Positions 13,315 through 28,165 of a stretch of DNA of 64,000 bases are shown piece by piece. Source of the stretch: Eledone cirrhosa (taxonomy: Eukaryota); assembly GCA_964016885.1 (NCBI GenBank), contig OZ024743.1, forward strand, positions 22,010,001-22,074,000, read 5' to 3'. A model generated the notes under the pieces. The model searched no databases, was not told the DNA's origin, and worked only from the letters and a program-made list of their open reading frames with translations. Made by a program: the position numbers and the translations under genes. Position 1 is the first letter of the stretch; every line of letters begins with the position of its first letter.

Positions 13315-14505
13315 CTTATAGCTGAATCTATGGTAGAACTAGAGAAGAAATTCCAAACTTGGAAGCAGGGACTAGAAAGAAACGGTCTCAAAGTCAACCT
13401 GACAAAGACTAACTAAGTCGACGAGAAAACAGAACCCAGATCCCCTCAGGGAAATGGCCTTGCTCAGTATGTAGTAAATGTGTAGGTGGGAACTCCATTC
13501 TCTGCCCCAAATGCATACAATGGGTACACAAGAGATGTAGCGGGATCTCAGGAAGCTTAACTAAGAATGTAGGCTTCACATGTAGCAGCTGTACTGGGAC
13601 AGCAAGCAGCAAACAGCCACAGAAAACAAGTACCACCAAACTCTGGGAGGGCTCTGTAGAAACAGTAGACAACTTCTGCTACCTAGGTGATCGAATTAGC
13701 AGCGGAGGTGGGTGTTCGGAAAGTACAATAACTAGGGTAAGAACGGGATGGAAGAAGTTCAGAGAGCTAGCTGCAAAAGGTTTTTCCCTCAAAATGAAAG
13801 GCAGACTGTATGATGCATGTATACGAACAGCAATGTTACATGGTAGTGAGACCTGGGCGCCGTCTGTGGAAGACTTGCGTAGATTAGAAAGAAACAAAGC
13901 TTGCATGCTCCGATGGATGTGTAATAGTAATATATGCAAATGGCAAAGCATAAATGAATTGAGAGAGAGACTGAGCATAAGAGGAATCAAATGCTGTGTG
14001 CAGGAGAGGCGGTTGCGTTGGTATGGACATGTGATGCCTATGAAGGATGATAGCTGCTTAAAAAGGTGCAGAGCACTAGAAGTCGATGGAAACCGCGGAG
14101 TGGGGAGACCCAAGAAGACCTGGGATGAGGTGATAAAAGCTGACCTTGCCCAATTACACCTCTCAAAGGCGATGACACATGACCGTGACCTCTGGCGTCA
14201 CGCAGTAATACAGAAGACCCGACCCCCCATGGGTACAAACCGAAGCTGAAGCATATAGATAATATGCCCCCACACCCTCCCACTGCAAAGTGGTCGTGGA
14301 GGTGCCACGGCAAAAAAGCACCCAGCACTCACTCTAAATGAGGTTGGTGTTAGGAAGGGCATCCAGCTGTAGAAATCAAGCCAGAATCAGTTCCCGTATG
14401 AGCAAGGCATGGTCAGCTGACTGGACACTGCCCACAACAGGACAACCCGTCTAACCCATGCTAGCGTGGAAGAACGGACGTAAAACGGTGATGATGATGA
14501 TGATG
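13315..14505 (+). mobile_element. 5'-truncated RTE LINE with 3'UTR and (GAT)n tail
   Basis: KGRLYDACIRTAMLHGSETW...RRLRWYGHV...GRPKKTW (13794-14249); 3'UTR shared with SINE family B. Confidence 0.9.
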
Positions 14506-16076
14506 ATATATATATAAACATATATAAATATATATATATAAACATGTATGTATATATACAAGTATATATGATATATATCATCAAAGGATGTAAATTTCAG
14601 TATGTTCTTTGGTATATTTCCCTGCATCAATTTGAGACATCACAATGGTAGTAAATCAGTGGTTGGTCCATTGGGAAGCATTAAGTTGCACTGCTGTTTT
14701 TTCACTAATCCTGTTATAAAATAAATAAATATATAGACTTGTGAAATAAAAAGTAGTTTATGTTTTAATTGTTTTTTTAAGAGAAGAATAAGAAACATAC
14801 ATTTATCAACCTTCCAAAGAGTCAAAAATTTGGAATTAAGGGAAACCAAAACCATGGCTCAAGTTTTGAACTAGTGCAGGATAAGAGACAAAGAGCCCCT
14901 TTTTACCTGGAATGTACCCCCGCTGAGGCACCAGCCCAGGCAAGGTGTTTTTTGGAAAGCGCAGCAGTCACCCGTGCATACAAGTCTCCCCTCTCCATAC
15001 CACTGGTGTCATTCTAGGGAAGGGTATAGGCTGATACAACTTGGCACCAGTAATGTCATAACTCATTTTTTCCAGCTGAAAGTAATGGAGTAATGTAAAA
15101 CAAGTGTCTTATTCACCCAGTGTCTGAATCAAACTAACAACCTCAAGATGGTAAGTCCAACAATCTAACCCCTAACTAGTATTTCCATTAAAAATCTAAA
15201 TAAAATTTATTTATCTTCTTATGATGATTGAGCTGATGTGTATTAGATAGCCAGATGAGAGTTCAGAGATGTGTATATTTTTATTGATACCAGCATCATC
15301 ATATCTAAAGTAGAGATATTAACACTCATTTAGCCACAAATATGTATTAAAAGGATGGGACATTCACCACTATTAGCATTAACTATATTGCAATATTGTT
15401 AGTGTATGAAATAGATATGTCACCAGCATTATTGAGTTTATAGTAAAGATAGGGTTGGATTAAACATTAAGTATATACTTAAGGCATCAAGGGAAGAGAG
15501 GCCCATAATTATTCAAATTATATGTATTTGTCATTCCAGAAAAGAAAATTCTTGCAGACTTTATAGGTGCTGAGGTGGAGGGATAATCATAATCACTTAA
15601 GCAGTTAGGGTCTCAAAGAGACTCAATGCAACTTGAGTAGAGACATTGGACATTTTTCACTTCTCTGACTAAGCCATAAATCCCATCTAGCTCTATAAAT
15701 CTTAATGATTCAGAATGGAATAGCTTTACACATTTTCTTGATTCCATTTTCAAAGTTATGTAAATGCCTCCTAATCCTTAAAGAGCATTTAAGATTACCT
15801 AACATCACTTAAATTTAGGAGTTAAATCTTTTCCTAGAGAGCACACCAATCTGGCCCAGATAACACTACCAAGAGATCTGGTAACCATTATCAACAGGTG
15901 TACTGAAATGCATAGAACTGAATGCTTTACCCAAGAACCTTGATAAAAAAATATTTGTAGATTCTTGTGTTATATACTTTTTAAATGATATCCACTATAA
16001 ATGGTACTTTATAGTTATGGTAACGGCATGGTAAAACAAATGTAAACTGGTGATTCATCATCATCATCATTATTTA

Positions 16077-16238
16077 TCGGTAGAGGGTCGGGCGCCATGC
16101 TTTGAAGCATAGAGTTACCTCCCTTTCTGATCTGAGTTCAAATCCCGCCGAAGTAAGCCCTTTACGGGGTCGATAAAATAAAGTACCAGTAATGCACTGG
16201 GATAATTGCTGGCCTGGTGCCAAAAGTAGAAACAATTA
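16077..16238 (+). mobile_element. SINE family A copy (internal deletion)
   Basis: B box and tail match the family. Confidence 0.8.
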
Positions 16239-17034
16239 TTTAACGTCCACTTTCCCTGCTTCCAATGGTTGGATGGTTCTACATAAAACAAGTCAGTACT
16301 GAAACGAGGCTACTGACTGCTCATGTATGGTCTTATGTTTTATCGAGTACACAGGAGAGGTTGTCAAGTCTTTGACACAACTGAAGTGTCCTCCCAACCC
16401 TGTGTTTGGTAAGCTTTCTATAGCTGGATACCTTTCCTATCTTTCCCTTTACGTGTATTGGGTATATTTATCGTGTAAATCACCAACACCAGGGAGGTTG
16501 TTATGTCCTTGAAAGGATTGTAGGGTCCTCCCAACCCTTTGTTTGGCAGGTTTTCTATGCCTGCATGCCCTTTCTATCACAAACCACTTTCCAGCATGTA
16601 CTGGGTGCATTTTATGTAATTAAATAAATATTTTTTTAATATTCAATGAATTGCTTGAAATGGAACTGAACTCAAAATTTATTAGCTGCTATATTAATAT
16701 GTCTTGTGGCAGCCAGATTATAAGTATGCAAAAATAGTATTGAGGTGTACATCAAGAGGAGGAAAGCAAAGTTGACCTCAGCAAGATTTGAACTCAGTGC
16801 ACATAGGGCCAGAACAATTATTGCAAAACAAGCATCTGTCTGATGTTCTAACTAATCTACCAATTCTTTATGAATAATTGTACAAAACTTCATCTATTTT
16901 ACTTCTAAGTAAAGTAAAGTGCTCTTTCCTGATTGAGAAGTGGGAGGACCATCTTGATACATGGCATGTTTTGGGCCTTTTAAACCTGGCAGATCCCATT
17001 CTTCTCCAGGTTGGAACACAACCAATTTTCTCCA

Positions 17035-17101
<67 letters not shown>

Positions 17102-18131
17102 CACCTCATTCTTGGACTGGTACTTTATTTATTGAAATCAAAAGGATGAAATTTAAAGTTGACCTTGGTGGGATTTGAACTCAGAGCACAGTGACCCAGA
17201 ATATATACCAAGACATCCACACACCTACTAAAATCCATTGAATTTGTTGGGTACCAGCAAAGACTTCATTTCCAATTATTAAAGAGATATACTTCTTGGT
17301 GTCTTTTCCCAGAGAACATAATCCCAGCAGTGAAAGTTATGGAAATACTGGTCAATTATGCAATACACCCATTGTACAAAAGCACTGAACTGTACTTCCA
17401 TATGATATCTATCAACCAAAAAAGTTGATAGGTTTATAAAGAGATAAGTGTTGTGGCATAGGATTCAATGAAGCATTTCTAATAATGTATCCACAAACTT
17501 GTTCAGTCGGCTGTAACTCTCATTCATCACTTGAAAAATGGTGAATATTTAGAATATATAATTAGAATGACTGAATGTACAGGATCAAATATGAAGGAGT
17601 GAAGGCGATAGAAACAGAAAAGAATATTTGCTACATTTCTCATTTTCATTTTTTAGTAATAAAAGTGAAACATTACTTATTAAATACTTCTCCAAATTGG
17701 AAAGTCAAGGACAATGTCAACAATTTGTAACTACAAAGAAGATTAATTTAAAGAATATAATTTTAAATAAAGCTATAATTTTCCTACAAACAGGTATGTT
17801 AATTGTTTAATCAAAGTAATTTTATTCAACAAATTTCAATTAAATTATATAATGATTGCATTAACTTTTTAAAATTAAATAATGAAATTAAGAGGAAGGC
17901 TGAGCAAGTAGCTGATACTACATCCCAGTCTATGTGGTAAATCTTAGATGCATCCTACAGATAAAATGGTGAAAGCATTTCCAGAGAGAACATCCAGTGA
18001 TGCCTGTTACATCAGCCACACCACCTCATGGGACTTCTACCTCAGGCAGGATGCACAGTGTGAACAAGCATTTATAAAAATATTACTGGTACTAATTTTG
18101 TATGTGCAATACGTGTTTTTCTAATGAACTA

Positions 18132-18251
18132 ATAATTGTTTCTACTTTAGGCACAAGGCCAGCAATTACCCAGTGCATTACTGGTACTTTATTTTATCGA
18201 CCCCGTAAGGATGAAAGGCAAAGTCAACCTCGGCGGGATTTGAACTCAGAT
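18132..18251 (-). mobile_element. SINE family A, 5'-truncated
   Basis: Core and tail match the family. Confidence 0.8.
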
Positions 18252-18299
18252 CAATAATACTACACAGTATGTATGTTAATCTACAACATCAAGTGTAGA

Positions 18300-18527
18300 T
18301 GAATTTGCAAATACAGGAGCTTGTCTGGCTGCTTCCTCTTTACAGTAGTCACCATTGAGATCTCAGATATCCTCGGACCTCGGACTGTCGATCATCACTG
18401 TAAAATCAGATCAACAGCAGCCCATCTGAGGAAGGAGCCCTGTGAGGTGAGGTGGCTGTTGCAGCATGTGATGCTGGCAATTGTCTTTGAAAATACCTTT
18501 GACATTTTATTCATGAGGCGCAGCTGA
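18300..18527 (+). pseudogene. Decayed C-terminus of a restriction-like-endonuclease (CRE/NeSL-type) non-LTR element
   Basis: KYRSLSGCFLFTVVTIEISDILGP...EPCEVRWLLQHVMLAIVFENT resembles KY..L...F.P...ET.G.LG...WL.QR.SLAIQRGNA. Confidence 0.45.
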
Positions 18528-19053
18528 AACATTGATCTAAATTAGGTGTAGAATCTGTCACCCTCTCCTCTTCCTATTTCTTTGTCTAGTAATCCTTGTT
18601 CTTCCCCTCAATTTCCTCTCATTTATGGCATTTATAGTCGTTTCCAATACTACTTTCTGATTCTGTATGTTTAACCAAATAAGAAATAATTGCTAGAATA
18701 TATGTGCATAAGTGTATGAAAATATAATTTAAAATTTAAGAAAAGGCAAAAAAAAATCTTGCATTCTATTAACAAGCTATAAAAATGAGAAATGGCATTC
18801 AGCTGCTAGTGAGGCTCCTTTTTCAGAATTAAGTAAAAAAAAATAATTAAAAAAATAAAAAGAGAAAGTGAGAAGAGAAAGAAACAAAAACAAAACAGGC
18901 AATAATTTCCACTATCATCAAGGTAACATTTCAATCATCATTTTGCACTGCCTGTTATTTTTACCCTTCTGTATGAGTAGAGAAGGAATTGCCCAAGGCA
19001 ATTCATACATACACACACATGTGTGTGTATATATATATATATACATAAACATG

Positions 19054-19153
<100 letters not shown>

Positions 19154-19202
19154 AACACACACACACACATATATATATAGGTATATATGTATATATATAT
19201 AC

Positions 19203-19234
<32 letters not shown>

Positions 19235-19489
19235 TTACATATGTATTATATTATATTCTTATGTGTGTGTGTTCATGTGTATTCAGGATAGTAATACATT
19301 CTTACATTATTTCTATTTCATGTGTTACTGGACTATTTATAAACATAGTAGGCTGTCACTTTAAGCATATGCCACTTACTTCATTAAACAGGATGTTTAA
19401 GTTTACTTTTTTGCACTGTTTAGCAGCACATGCTGTTTCAGTACCTATGATCTACCATAGGGATTTTATCACAGCACAAACAGTATAAC

Positions 19490-19657
19490 ACCAAACCTGT
19501 CAATTCTCCCCATCCGATGGGGGAAATCTCCCATCCCATATGGGGTGGGTGAGAGATGTCTTCTCTTGTGAAAATGGGTATAGCTTTCATTATGTAAAAT
19601 CTCCCCATTTTGCCTCGTTTCTCCCTGTTTAGGTTTTTAGAGGTTGGCAGGTCTGTA
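19490..19657. mobile_element. Possible small MITE
   Basis: Imperfect inverted ends CAAACCTGTCAA / TTGGCAGGTCTG. Confidence 0.35.
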
Positions 19658-21499
19658 ACACTGATATCATAAGGCTGATGGAAAAAAGAATATATCTCGT
19701 ACTCAATATAATTGATTTCTAATTTGGGCAAAACTTTACAATTTGGGAGGTGGTAATGGGGTTTTTCTAGTAATGTTACTCAATAGGGTACATAATTCAG
19801 ATAGGAATTCACCACTACTTCTCTGCATCAAGAGATTGCAGGTCTGGTACTATGGATATTTAGTTGGAATCTTTAAAGTAAGAATCTCAGGGGAGATATG
19901 ACAAGCAATGTTAACTGGCAAGAGACCCATAGATAGACCACAAGCAAGATGATTGGATAACATCTATAAGTTCTGTGGGTGACACTTGGGGATCCAGCTG
20001 GTTCATTTGGAAATGGTTACTCCTATATGACCCTCAGGAAGGCCAGTCTGAGGACTATGCCCCCACCCCCTCAGGGATAAGTGATTGAAGAACGAGTAGA
20101 AACAATGCACTCCGTATTTTCGTGGTGCTAAACAAAGTGGAAAAACCTTTGTAAGTACCATCTTACATTGTCTATTTTAATAAAAGTAAGACATTTCTTG
20201 GTAAAAAAAATTGAAAGCTGTCCAGTGCTCAGTTTTCAACATTTTGAATGCAGTGTATTAAAGATGATAAAAATATAACTACCATATTATTTGTAATATA
20301 AGAGGTGTCAATTTTAAATAGCAAACTTATAAGAAAATGTTTTGAAAAAATATTATACTGGTATTTTGAAATATTTTTATTAAATAAAAATTCAACTTGA
20401 TATTAAAAAGTCCATTTTTCTTTACACAAAAGAGCTCAAATCATCTAAATAAAAATAAATTTTAAACTCTTTTCTGTAAAAACAAGATTTTATTTAGCTT
20501 CAAAATTTATGACATTTTTGTCAATTTGTCTATTGTTTGGAAAGGAATCTGAAATTTCATCATTGGATGCACAATCATTTTCAAAGAGTATGTCATCCTT
20601 GGTGCTATCCATTATGTTACTGAGGAGAGGAGGAGGAGAAGAAGAAATAGAAAAAGAAGAAAACGAAGAATCGACCATATTAGGTGGTAAGAATAATCAA
20701 TAACTTCCCAATCTTCCTAGGAATTTGTCATGTCTCTTTTAAACCTTTTGTTACCAAACAGTCTGAAACTGCACTGGGTTCTATATGCAAGAACCTTTGT
20801 ATGTTCCAAAGAATGAGAAAGTTTGTTATCTTACAAAATCCCTCTAGATTCTTTGTTATTTTCAAAATGATGTCATTAGTTGATGATGAAAGGGTTTAAT
20901 ATCACCCACCTTGCAACTACTTCCAGTTTTATAATACAAAATCTCTCATTTTAAAATGCTTGTAGTTAAACTAAAAACTTCTATGATAATTCTATATAAG
21001 AACCTTTTGTTAAGTAATGATCAAAATGCCATCTTAATAATTCTTAGCAGCATTGGCACAAGGCCAGCAATTTAGGGGAAGGAGTAAGTCAATTATATCA
21101 ACACCAGTATTTAACTGCTACTTTATTTTATCAACTCCTGGAAGATGAAAGGCAAAGTTGCCCATGGTGAGATATAAACTCAGAAAGTTGTAACTAAATA
21201 TTGTAAAGCATTTTGTCCAATACCCTACTGATATTGCCAATCTACTGTGCTAAAATGGCATCTTAGAAATGAAAAATATATTTATTTTGCTAAATCCATC
21301 AAAATTCTGGATTATATTTGAAATTAATGGAAATATAAAACCTATTAACATTTTTTATTTTATTGTGATATAAATACCAAACAGAATATGTGACATTCCT
21401 GATATATATATTAGTGTTGTCATATATATTAGTGTAGCCCTAGATTAACATAATACAGAAGACCGACAATCAAAACCATACCAGCCAAAACCCTCCTTC

Positions 21500-22130
21500 T
21501 ACTTCTCTTCTTCTTTGCCCACTTATTCCTGAGGAGACAGTGGGGGCAGAATCCTCAAACACTCTTTCCAGTGGGTCCTATCAGAAGCAATAATCTCCAA
21601 CTGATCTGGCTGAATTCCCAAGCGATACCAGCCAAGCTCATGGATGTTACCCAACTATCTTGCTCGAGGTCTCCCCTGGGTTTCCTCTCAGTTGGTTTTG
21701 CCTATAAAATCTGTACAACAATTCTTTTCTGAGACATTCTAACCACATTTCCATAGTATCAGAGCTACGATCTCTCAATTTGTAGAAGTAGTGACTCTAC
21801 GTGGAGAAACTATCTAATCTCCAAGCTCCAAGCTATGCACTCTATCGAGTAATATTATTCCAAAGACACTTCAGAGGAACCCCATTTTGGCCATTTGTAT
21901 TTGCAATTGTATTCTTTGTCATTACCCAAAATTCATGATCATAAGTAAGGGTAGGCATGAATACCAAATTGAAGATAGTGAGTTTGGCTTTTACACCTAT
22001 CTCCCTTCTTCTGATTACAGAATGCTGAAGCTGGAGCATTACTGCACCAGCTCCTGTAATACTTGCACATAATTCAGCCTCATACCTTCCGTCATTCATG
22101 AACATGGCTCCAAGATACTTGGCCCAAACC
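21500..22130 (-). mobile_element. Decayed RTE LINE 3' fragment (a different subfamily)
   Basis: KAKLTIFNLVFMPTLTYDHEFW; similar remnants at about 19800-20100 and 55090-55480. Confidence 0.6.
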
Positions 22131-23549
22131 CTCTCATCTTTTTTTTTCAGGTGTCATATATCAAATACTACATCATTCAATGTCATAAATATCATCATTT
22201 TTAAGGGTAATTGGGCTCCTACTTCTAACAGATTAAGTGACCCTATAGACGATACCTTTTTTGGCTGCATGATCATATCATACAAAAGTTTTTTTTTATA
22301 TTTTTAATTTTTAACATGAATTTTTATTTTATTTTATATTGGACAAGTGCACACATTTATAAAATATGATTATAAAGGAAAGATGCACCATTAGGTCAAT
22401 GGATGATTTCAAGGCTGCCGATTGAATTTTCCTGGAAAAGTGGTTTCCTTTGGGAAGTTTCTTTTTCAAAATACTAGCTCGTCTTCATTTGTCATCTTTA
22501 GCCATTTGAAAGAAAGAGAAGAAAGTACAATCAACCCCAGCATTTGCAGTTTGACTGGTACTTTATTTATCAACCTTGGCATAATGAAAGGCAAAGTATA
22601 CCTCAACCTGATTCTGAATTCAGTTCACAGAGCAAATACCATAAAGCATTCTAACTGATACTCTTCTGGCTCTGACGATTTCCTACCTAGTCAATAGAAT
22701 CCCTACCCCCACTATATGCTAGGTACTATCTCTCTAATGAATCCCAAAGTGGTGAAATGTAAAGTCTCAATCTAGCAAGATTTGAACATAGAGAGACAAC
22801 ACAAAGTATTCGTTTATGCTTTTTATTATGTACATGTTCCAGTCATTAGACTGTGGCCATGCTAGGGTATTACCTTGATTTAGTCAATCATATTGATGCC
22901 AGTACTTATTTTTCAAGTCTGATACATATTCTATCAATCTATTTTTTATTGAACCACTAAGCATGCATAGGCACAAATGTAGACAAATCTGAGACACACA
23001 TGCACATATATATATGGTGGTATTCTGAAGTCTCTATCTACCAAATTCCACTTCCAAGGCATTGGTCAACTCAAGGATACAATTGGAAATACTTGCTTAT
23101 TAAATGGGCCATATCTGGCCAGAATTCTCTCATCTCTTTCTGTTCAAACCAGCCATAATTGGCCACTCATACCAATGTTAAGGTATTGTTCTCAAAATAA
23201 ATAACATCAAAATCTTGTAGCTTCGATATCATGTGAGATAGTTATGTAAGATAAAACCTTTACTGTGTAGATATAGAATAATGTAAATGCTAAAAGGTTA
23301 AGGTACCATGCAGAAGGATTGAACCCAGAACTAACTGGTTATGAAGTGAACTCCTTAACCACTCAGAAATAAGAAATTAGTGAAATGATTATATCATTAC
23401 TTATTGTCACAATTGTTAGTCTTAAATTCAAAGTTGGTTAAAAAGACATCTGTCTGAGGTAATTTAGTTCTGTAAATAATTAACATAAAAGTGTTGGCAC
23501 CTGTCATAGTATTATAAAGATATCACTGTTACACCTCATATCAGCCATA

Positions 23550-23613
<64 letters not shown>

Positions 23614-25658
23614 AAAATATATATTTTTGTTTTACTAAAATTGAGATAGAGGTAGTAAAAATTATGAAAAAGAATAATAAAAAAAGGCCTATTCTGTTAA
23701 CAGCTATATAGCCTTGTACTTGATAAACTTCATATTACGGTTGTTATCATACTCAGGAGGGAGAAACTATAAGTTCATAAATTAATGTTGCTTTCATCAA
23801 CATCAATGTGCATAATTACATCAACGAATCATATTTATCACTTCCACCATTCTTTTCAACAAAAAGACAAAAACAAACACAAGAAAAAAAAATGAAATAA
23901 CAAATTTCAAAATAAAAATATAGTTTTAAAATGCTGTCATTTCTACCTGAATACTAGTTTCTTTCATGTTTTCTCATCCACAATTCAGTGGAATCCTATT
24001 CCTTTCAAACCCCTTTTCTCCTACCACCATATATGGTGGTTGAGACAATGTGTTAACATGTTATATGATTATCAAATACTACAACTTAAATGATAGATTT
24101 GTAGGTGTGAAAATATAAATCATTAATATCTGTTTTTGTGTGGTATATTGCCTACAAATTTTATTCTATTTTCTCTTCATGTTATTTACTCAAGAGTTGG
24201 TCAACCTGCTAGAAACAGCAGTCGAATTTCCCTCAAATAAAATCATACTATGCCTTGCTTTTCCTTGGATTTACACTCTTAGTGGAACCATTGGGACACC
24301 ATCAGGATATACTTCATTTATCAAACCCCAGAAAATGAAAAACAAAGTTGGCCTCAGAAGGATTTGAACTTGAAGTGTAAATAGAGAAAGGTAATACCAA
24401 ATTGGTTAAGTTAATTCAATGATAAATTAAATCTTTTGTTAGGAGCTGTAAATCAATTTTATCCTATTTTGTCACTTGGAGCTCATGGAATCCATAACAA
24501 ACTCTAACTCATAACATTCTATAATGATTTAGAAGAAATTATCTAAAAACCAAGTTTATTAATTCATATGTTTATCGTATCTTTACTTGTGGAGAGATCA
24601 TTGTGAAAATTTGCAATATTAGACTTTAATTTTTCATGTGATACAGTTATAGTGCTGTTTGGATGTTAAGTGTTAAATAGAAATCACAATATGAAATGGC
24701 TTTCTGTTTTAAGTAGTAAGGAGTACTGTAAAACTCATAAGTGCTTTATTAGCACTTATGGGCGTGGGCTACTTTCAATTCTACCAGCAACTCTTGAGAA
24801 AATCTTGGGAAAAGAATGACATTCAGGAAATCTTTGAAAAAGAATGCCATTGCTTAGAATACTAATGCTCAGAAAACGTTTTGGACACATGTATGATTAT
24901 GGTGTGAAAAGGTTTGTTTTGCCAGCACATAATCCTGGTTTTATTCCCCAGTGCTGTATTTTGGGCAAGTATTCTCTACCGTAAGTGATTGATGGAAAAT
25001 GTAGAGAAGCATATCATATATATATCATCATCATCGTTTAACGACCATCTTCCACGCTAGTATGGGTTATATATATATATATGTGTGGTGTGTGTGTGTG
25101 TGTGTGTGTGTGTTAACGGTTGTTTTGGAAGCCTCTAAAATACAGATGGATAAATCTCCAGGTAACAAAATCATGTGGTAGTAGGAAGAAAGGAGATAAT
25201 GGGGGAAATAAATGTAAAATGAAATAAAAACCAGAGATGACGTTATCTTGGAATAGATTTATTGGTTCCTATATTTCGGATTTCATATCCATCGTCAGGG
25301 GATTCCGAAAAAACTTCAGAAGTTTGTCGGAAAAGAATCTACGTGGCAATTTGTTGTTAGTGTTTGTGTCAGACTGATTCAAATACACCAATGAAGGGCG
25401 CATGCATGTGAAATCGGCGAGGTCATTCAGGGGTCATTAACGTTAGTAGTCACCTACTAAGTGTAGGATGGGTGTGATATGGCAATGCTCGCGTGTTATT
25501 GTCTCCTTGAATTCCGGTAGTGGCTCTGGTTGATGTGAGAGGTAGGTGTGCGAAACGGGGACAGGCACAGCATAGTAGCAGAGCCTGTCTGTCTGTTTCT
25601 TTGTTTGTATGCTGACAGTTGAGCGAAATATACAATAACATTCATTCGCTCATCTGTT

Positions 25659-25848
<190 letters not shown>

Positions 25849-26569
25849 TATGTGTCATCGTTTGGGTTAGAGCAGCCACCGTGATTTGCTCCTTTCGGAA
25901 CTGTTGTTGATTGGCGGTTTCAGCCGTTTGATTCAAAATGTTTCCTTGATCCTTAGAGATCCAATGTTGCATTCATTGTACATATACACACTGCAATAGA
26001 CGCCCTAGGTTATCATAGTACATTTGCACACACTATTATATATAAATATTGACAAATACATACCAAGGTCTACAGAGTATGTACGCACAAACGAGCACAC
26101 CTCCACCCAACGTTCAATAGTAGACGCTAATAGCACCCAGGAATAAACAGGGAACTAGAGCTTACGCATAAACGAGCACTACTCGACACAAACGTCATCA
26201 GCAGACCTCACTAACATCCAGAAAATCGGAGAGAACTAGCTCTTACTGAAACATTTGAGCCGACAGTGTCACACAAAAACACACATACCATCAGTTGACA
26301 AAACAAAATTAATAGCACGTACAACCAGTACATGATCAGCACATCTTGCACCTACCCAAGCTACACATCCTATCCTTCAGCCACATACATTTACTCCTAA
26401 ATAGGTACGTACCACATTTTTTGTACTAGTGGCATTAAAGCTACAACACCCATCCTAGCACTCTATTACAGAAATATCAATACCTAATTGCACGCAGAGA
26501 GCCCCGCGACCACCTTGGAACTCACATACGTAAGCAAAACAAACGTAGGACCATTAATAAAGAATAAGA

Positions 26570-26757
26570 GGGCGGTGGATTGGCAGTATCGGTAGAGGGT
26601 TGGAGGCCATGCTTTCCAGCATAGTTACGTCCCTTTACGATCTGAGTTCAAATCCCGCCGAGGTTGACTTTGCCTTTCATCCTTACGAGGTCGATAAAAT
26701 AAAGTACCAGTAATGCACTGAGTAATTGCTGGCCTTGTGCCTAAAGTAGAAACAATT
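26570..26757 (+). mobile_element. SINE family A, full length
   Basis: GGCGGTGGATTGGCAGTATCGG head, B box GAGTTCAAATCC, core and tail. Confidence 0.9.
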
Positions 26758-26809
26758 AATAAAGGATAAATAGTAATCACCCACTCCACCTATTCCACTA
26801 TTATACATG

Positions 26810-28165
26810 AAATATAATTACCACCAATAAACTCTCACCCCTCTCTATAACCCACTACATACCGCACTCTCTTTCACAATTCCCCTCTCTCACTAGTCCA
26901 CCAAATTCTCTCCCCCTCTCTATAATCCACTACATACCCCACACTCTCTCACTCCCACAATAACCCCTCTCTCACAAAACCAACAAATTTTCTCCTGCTC
27001 TTTATATCTCACTATATACCTCACTCTCGCTCACAATTCCCCTCTCTCACTAGACCACCAAATTCTCCCTCCCCCTCCCCCATTACTCTATACTACTACA
27101 TACCTCACTCACTCTCACTTTCACAATAGCCCCTCTCTCACCAGGTCAATTAACTCTATCCCTCTTTCTGTAACCCACTACACTTCTGACTCTCTCTCAC
27201 AATTACCCCTCTTTCACTAGACCACCAAATTCTCTCCCCCTCTCTATATTCCACTAAATACCTCACATTTCCCCCCTCTTAATTCCCCCTCTCTCACAAA
27301 ACCAACAAATTCTCTCCAGCTCTGTATATTCCACTACATAACACACACTCTCTCTCTCACAATTCTCCCTCTCTCACTTGACCACCAAGTTCTCCTCCTC
27401 TCTATATTCCACGACATACATCACTCTCTTAATTCTCCCTCTTTCACTAAATCAACAAATTCTCTCCCACTCTCTATATACCACTATATAACTCACACTC
27501 TCTCACTAGACCACCACATTCTCTCCCCCTCTCTATATTCCACTACATGCCTCAATCTCTGTCACTCTCTTAATTCCCCCTCTCTCGCGTGAGCTACAAA
27601 TACTCCCCTCTATCTATATTCCACTATATACTCCATTCTCTCTCACTCTCTCAATTAGCCCTCTCTCACTAGACCATTAATCTATCTCCCCCTCTCTATA
27701 TCCCACTACATACCTCACTCTCTCTCACAATTCCCCCTCTCTCACTAAACCAACAAATACTCTTCCGCTCTCTCTATCCCACTACATACCTCACTCTCGC
27801 TCACAATTCTCCCTCTCTCACTAGACCAACAAATTCTCTCCACCTCTCTATATTCCACTATATACTCCACTCTCACAATGCCCCTCTCTCACAAGGCCGA
27901 TAAACCCTCTCCCTCTCTCTATAACCCACTACATACCTCACTCTCCCTCTTAATTCTCCTCTCTCACTAAACCTACAAATTCTCCCCTTCTCTATATTCC
28001 ACTACATCCGCACTCTCTCTCACTCTCACATTACCCTCTCACTAAACCAACAAATTCTCTCCCGCTCTCTGTATCCCAATACATACCTCACTTTCTCTCT
28101 CTCACAATTCCTTCTCTCTCATTAGACCAACAAATTCTCTCTCCTTCTGTATATCCCACTACATG
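26810..28165. repeat. CT-rich minisatellite, unit about 75-80 bp, roughly 17 copies
   Basis: Recurrent CCACTACATACCTCACTCTC...CACAATTCCCCTCTCTCACTAGACCACCAAATTCTCTCCCCCTCTCTATA. Confidence 0.9.

Noticed and set aside
20490-20930. Possible host exon (MDSTKDDILFEND...)
   Set aside because: In-frame stop just upstream, no recognisable domain or clear splice sites.
26570-26660. tRNA genes at SINE heads (also 52149)
   Set aside because: A/B boxes continue into SINE bodies and no full cloverleaf is evident.
26810-28165. CRISPR-like periodicity
   Set aside because: Whole units are repeated with no unique spacers and no cas genes; eukaryotic context.
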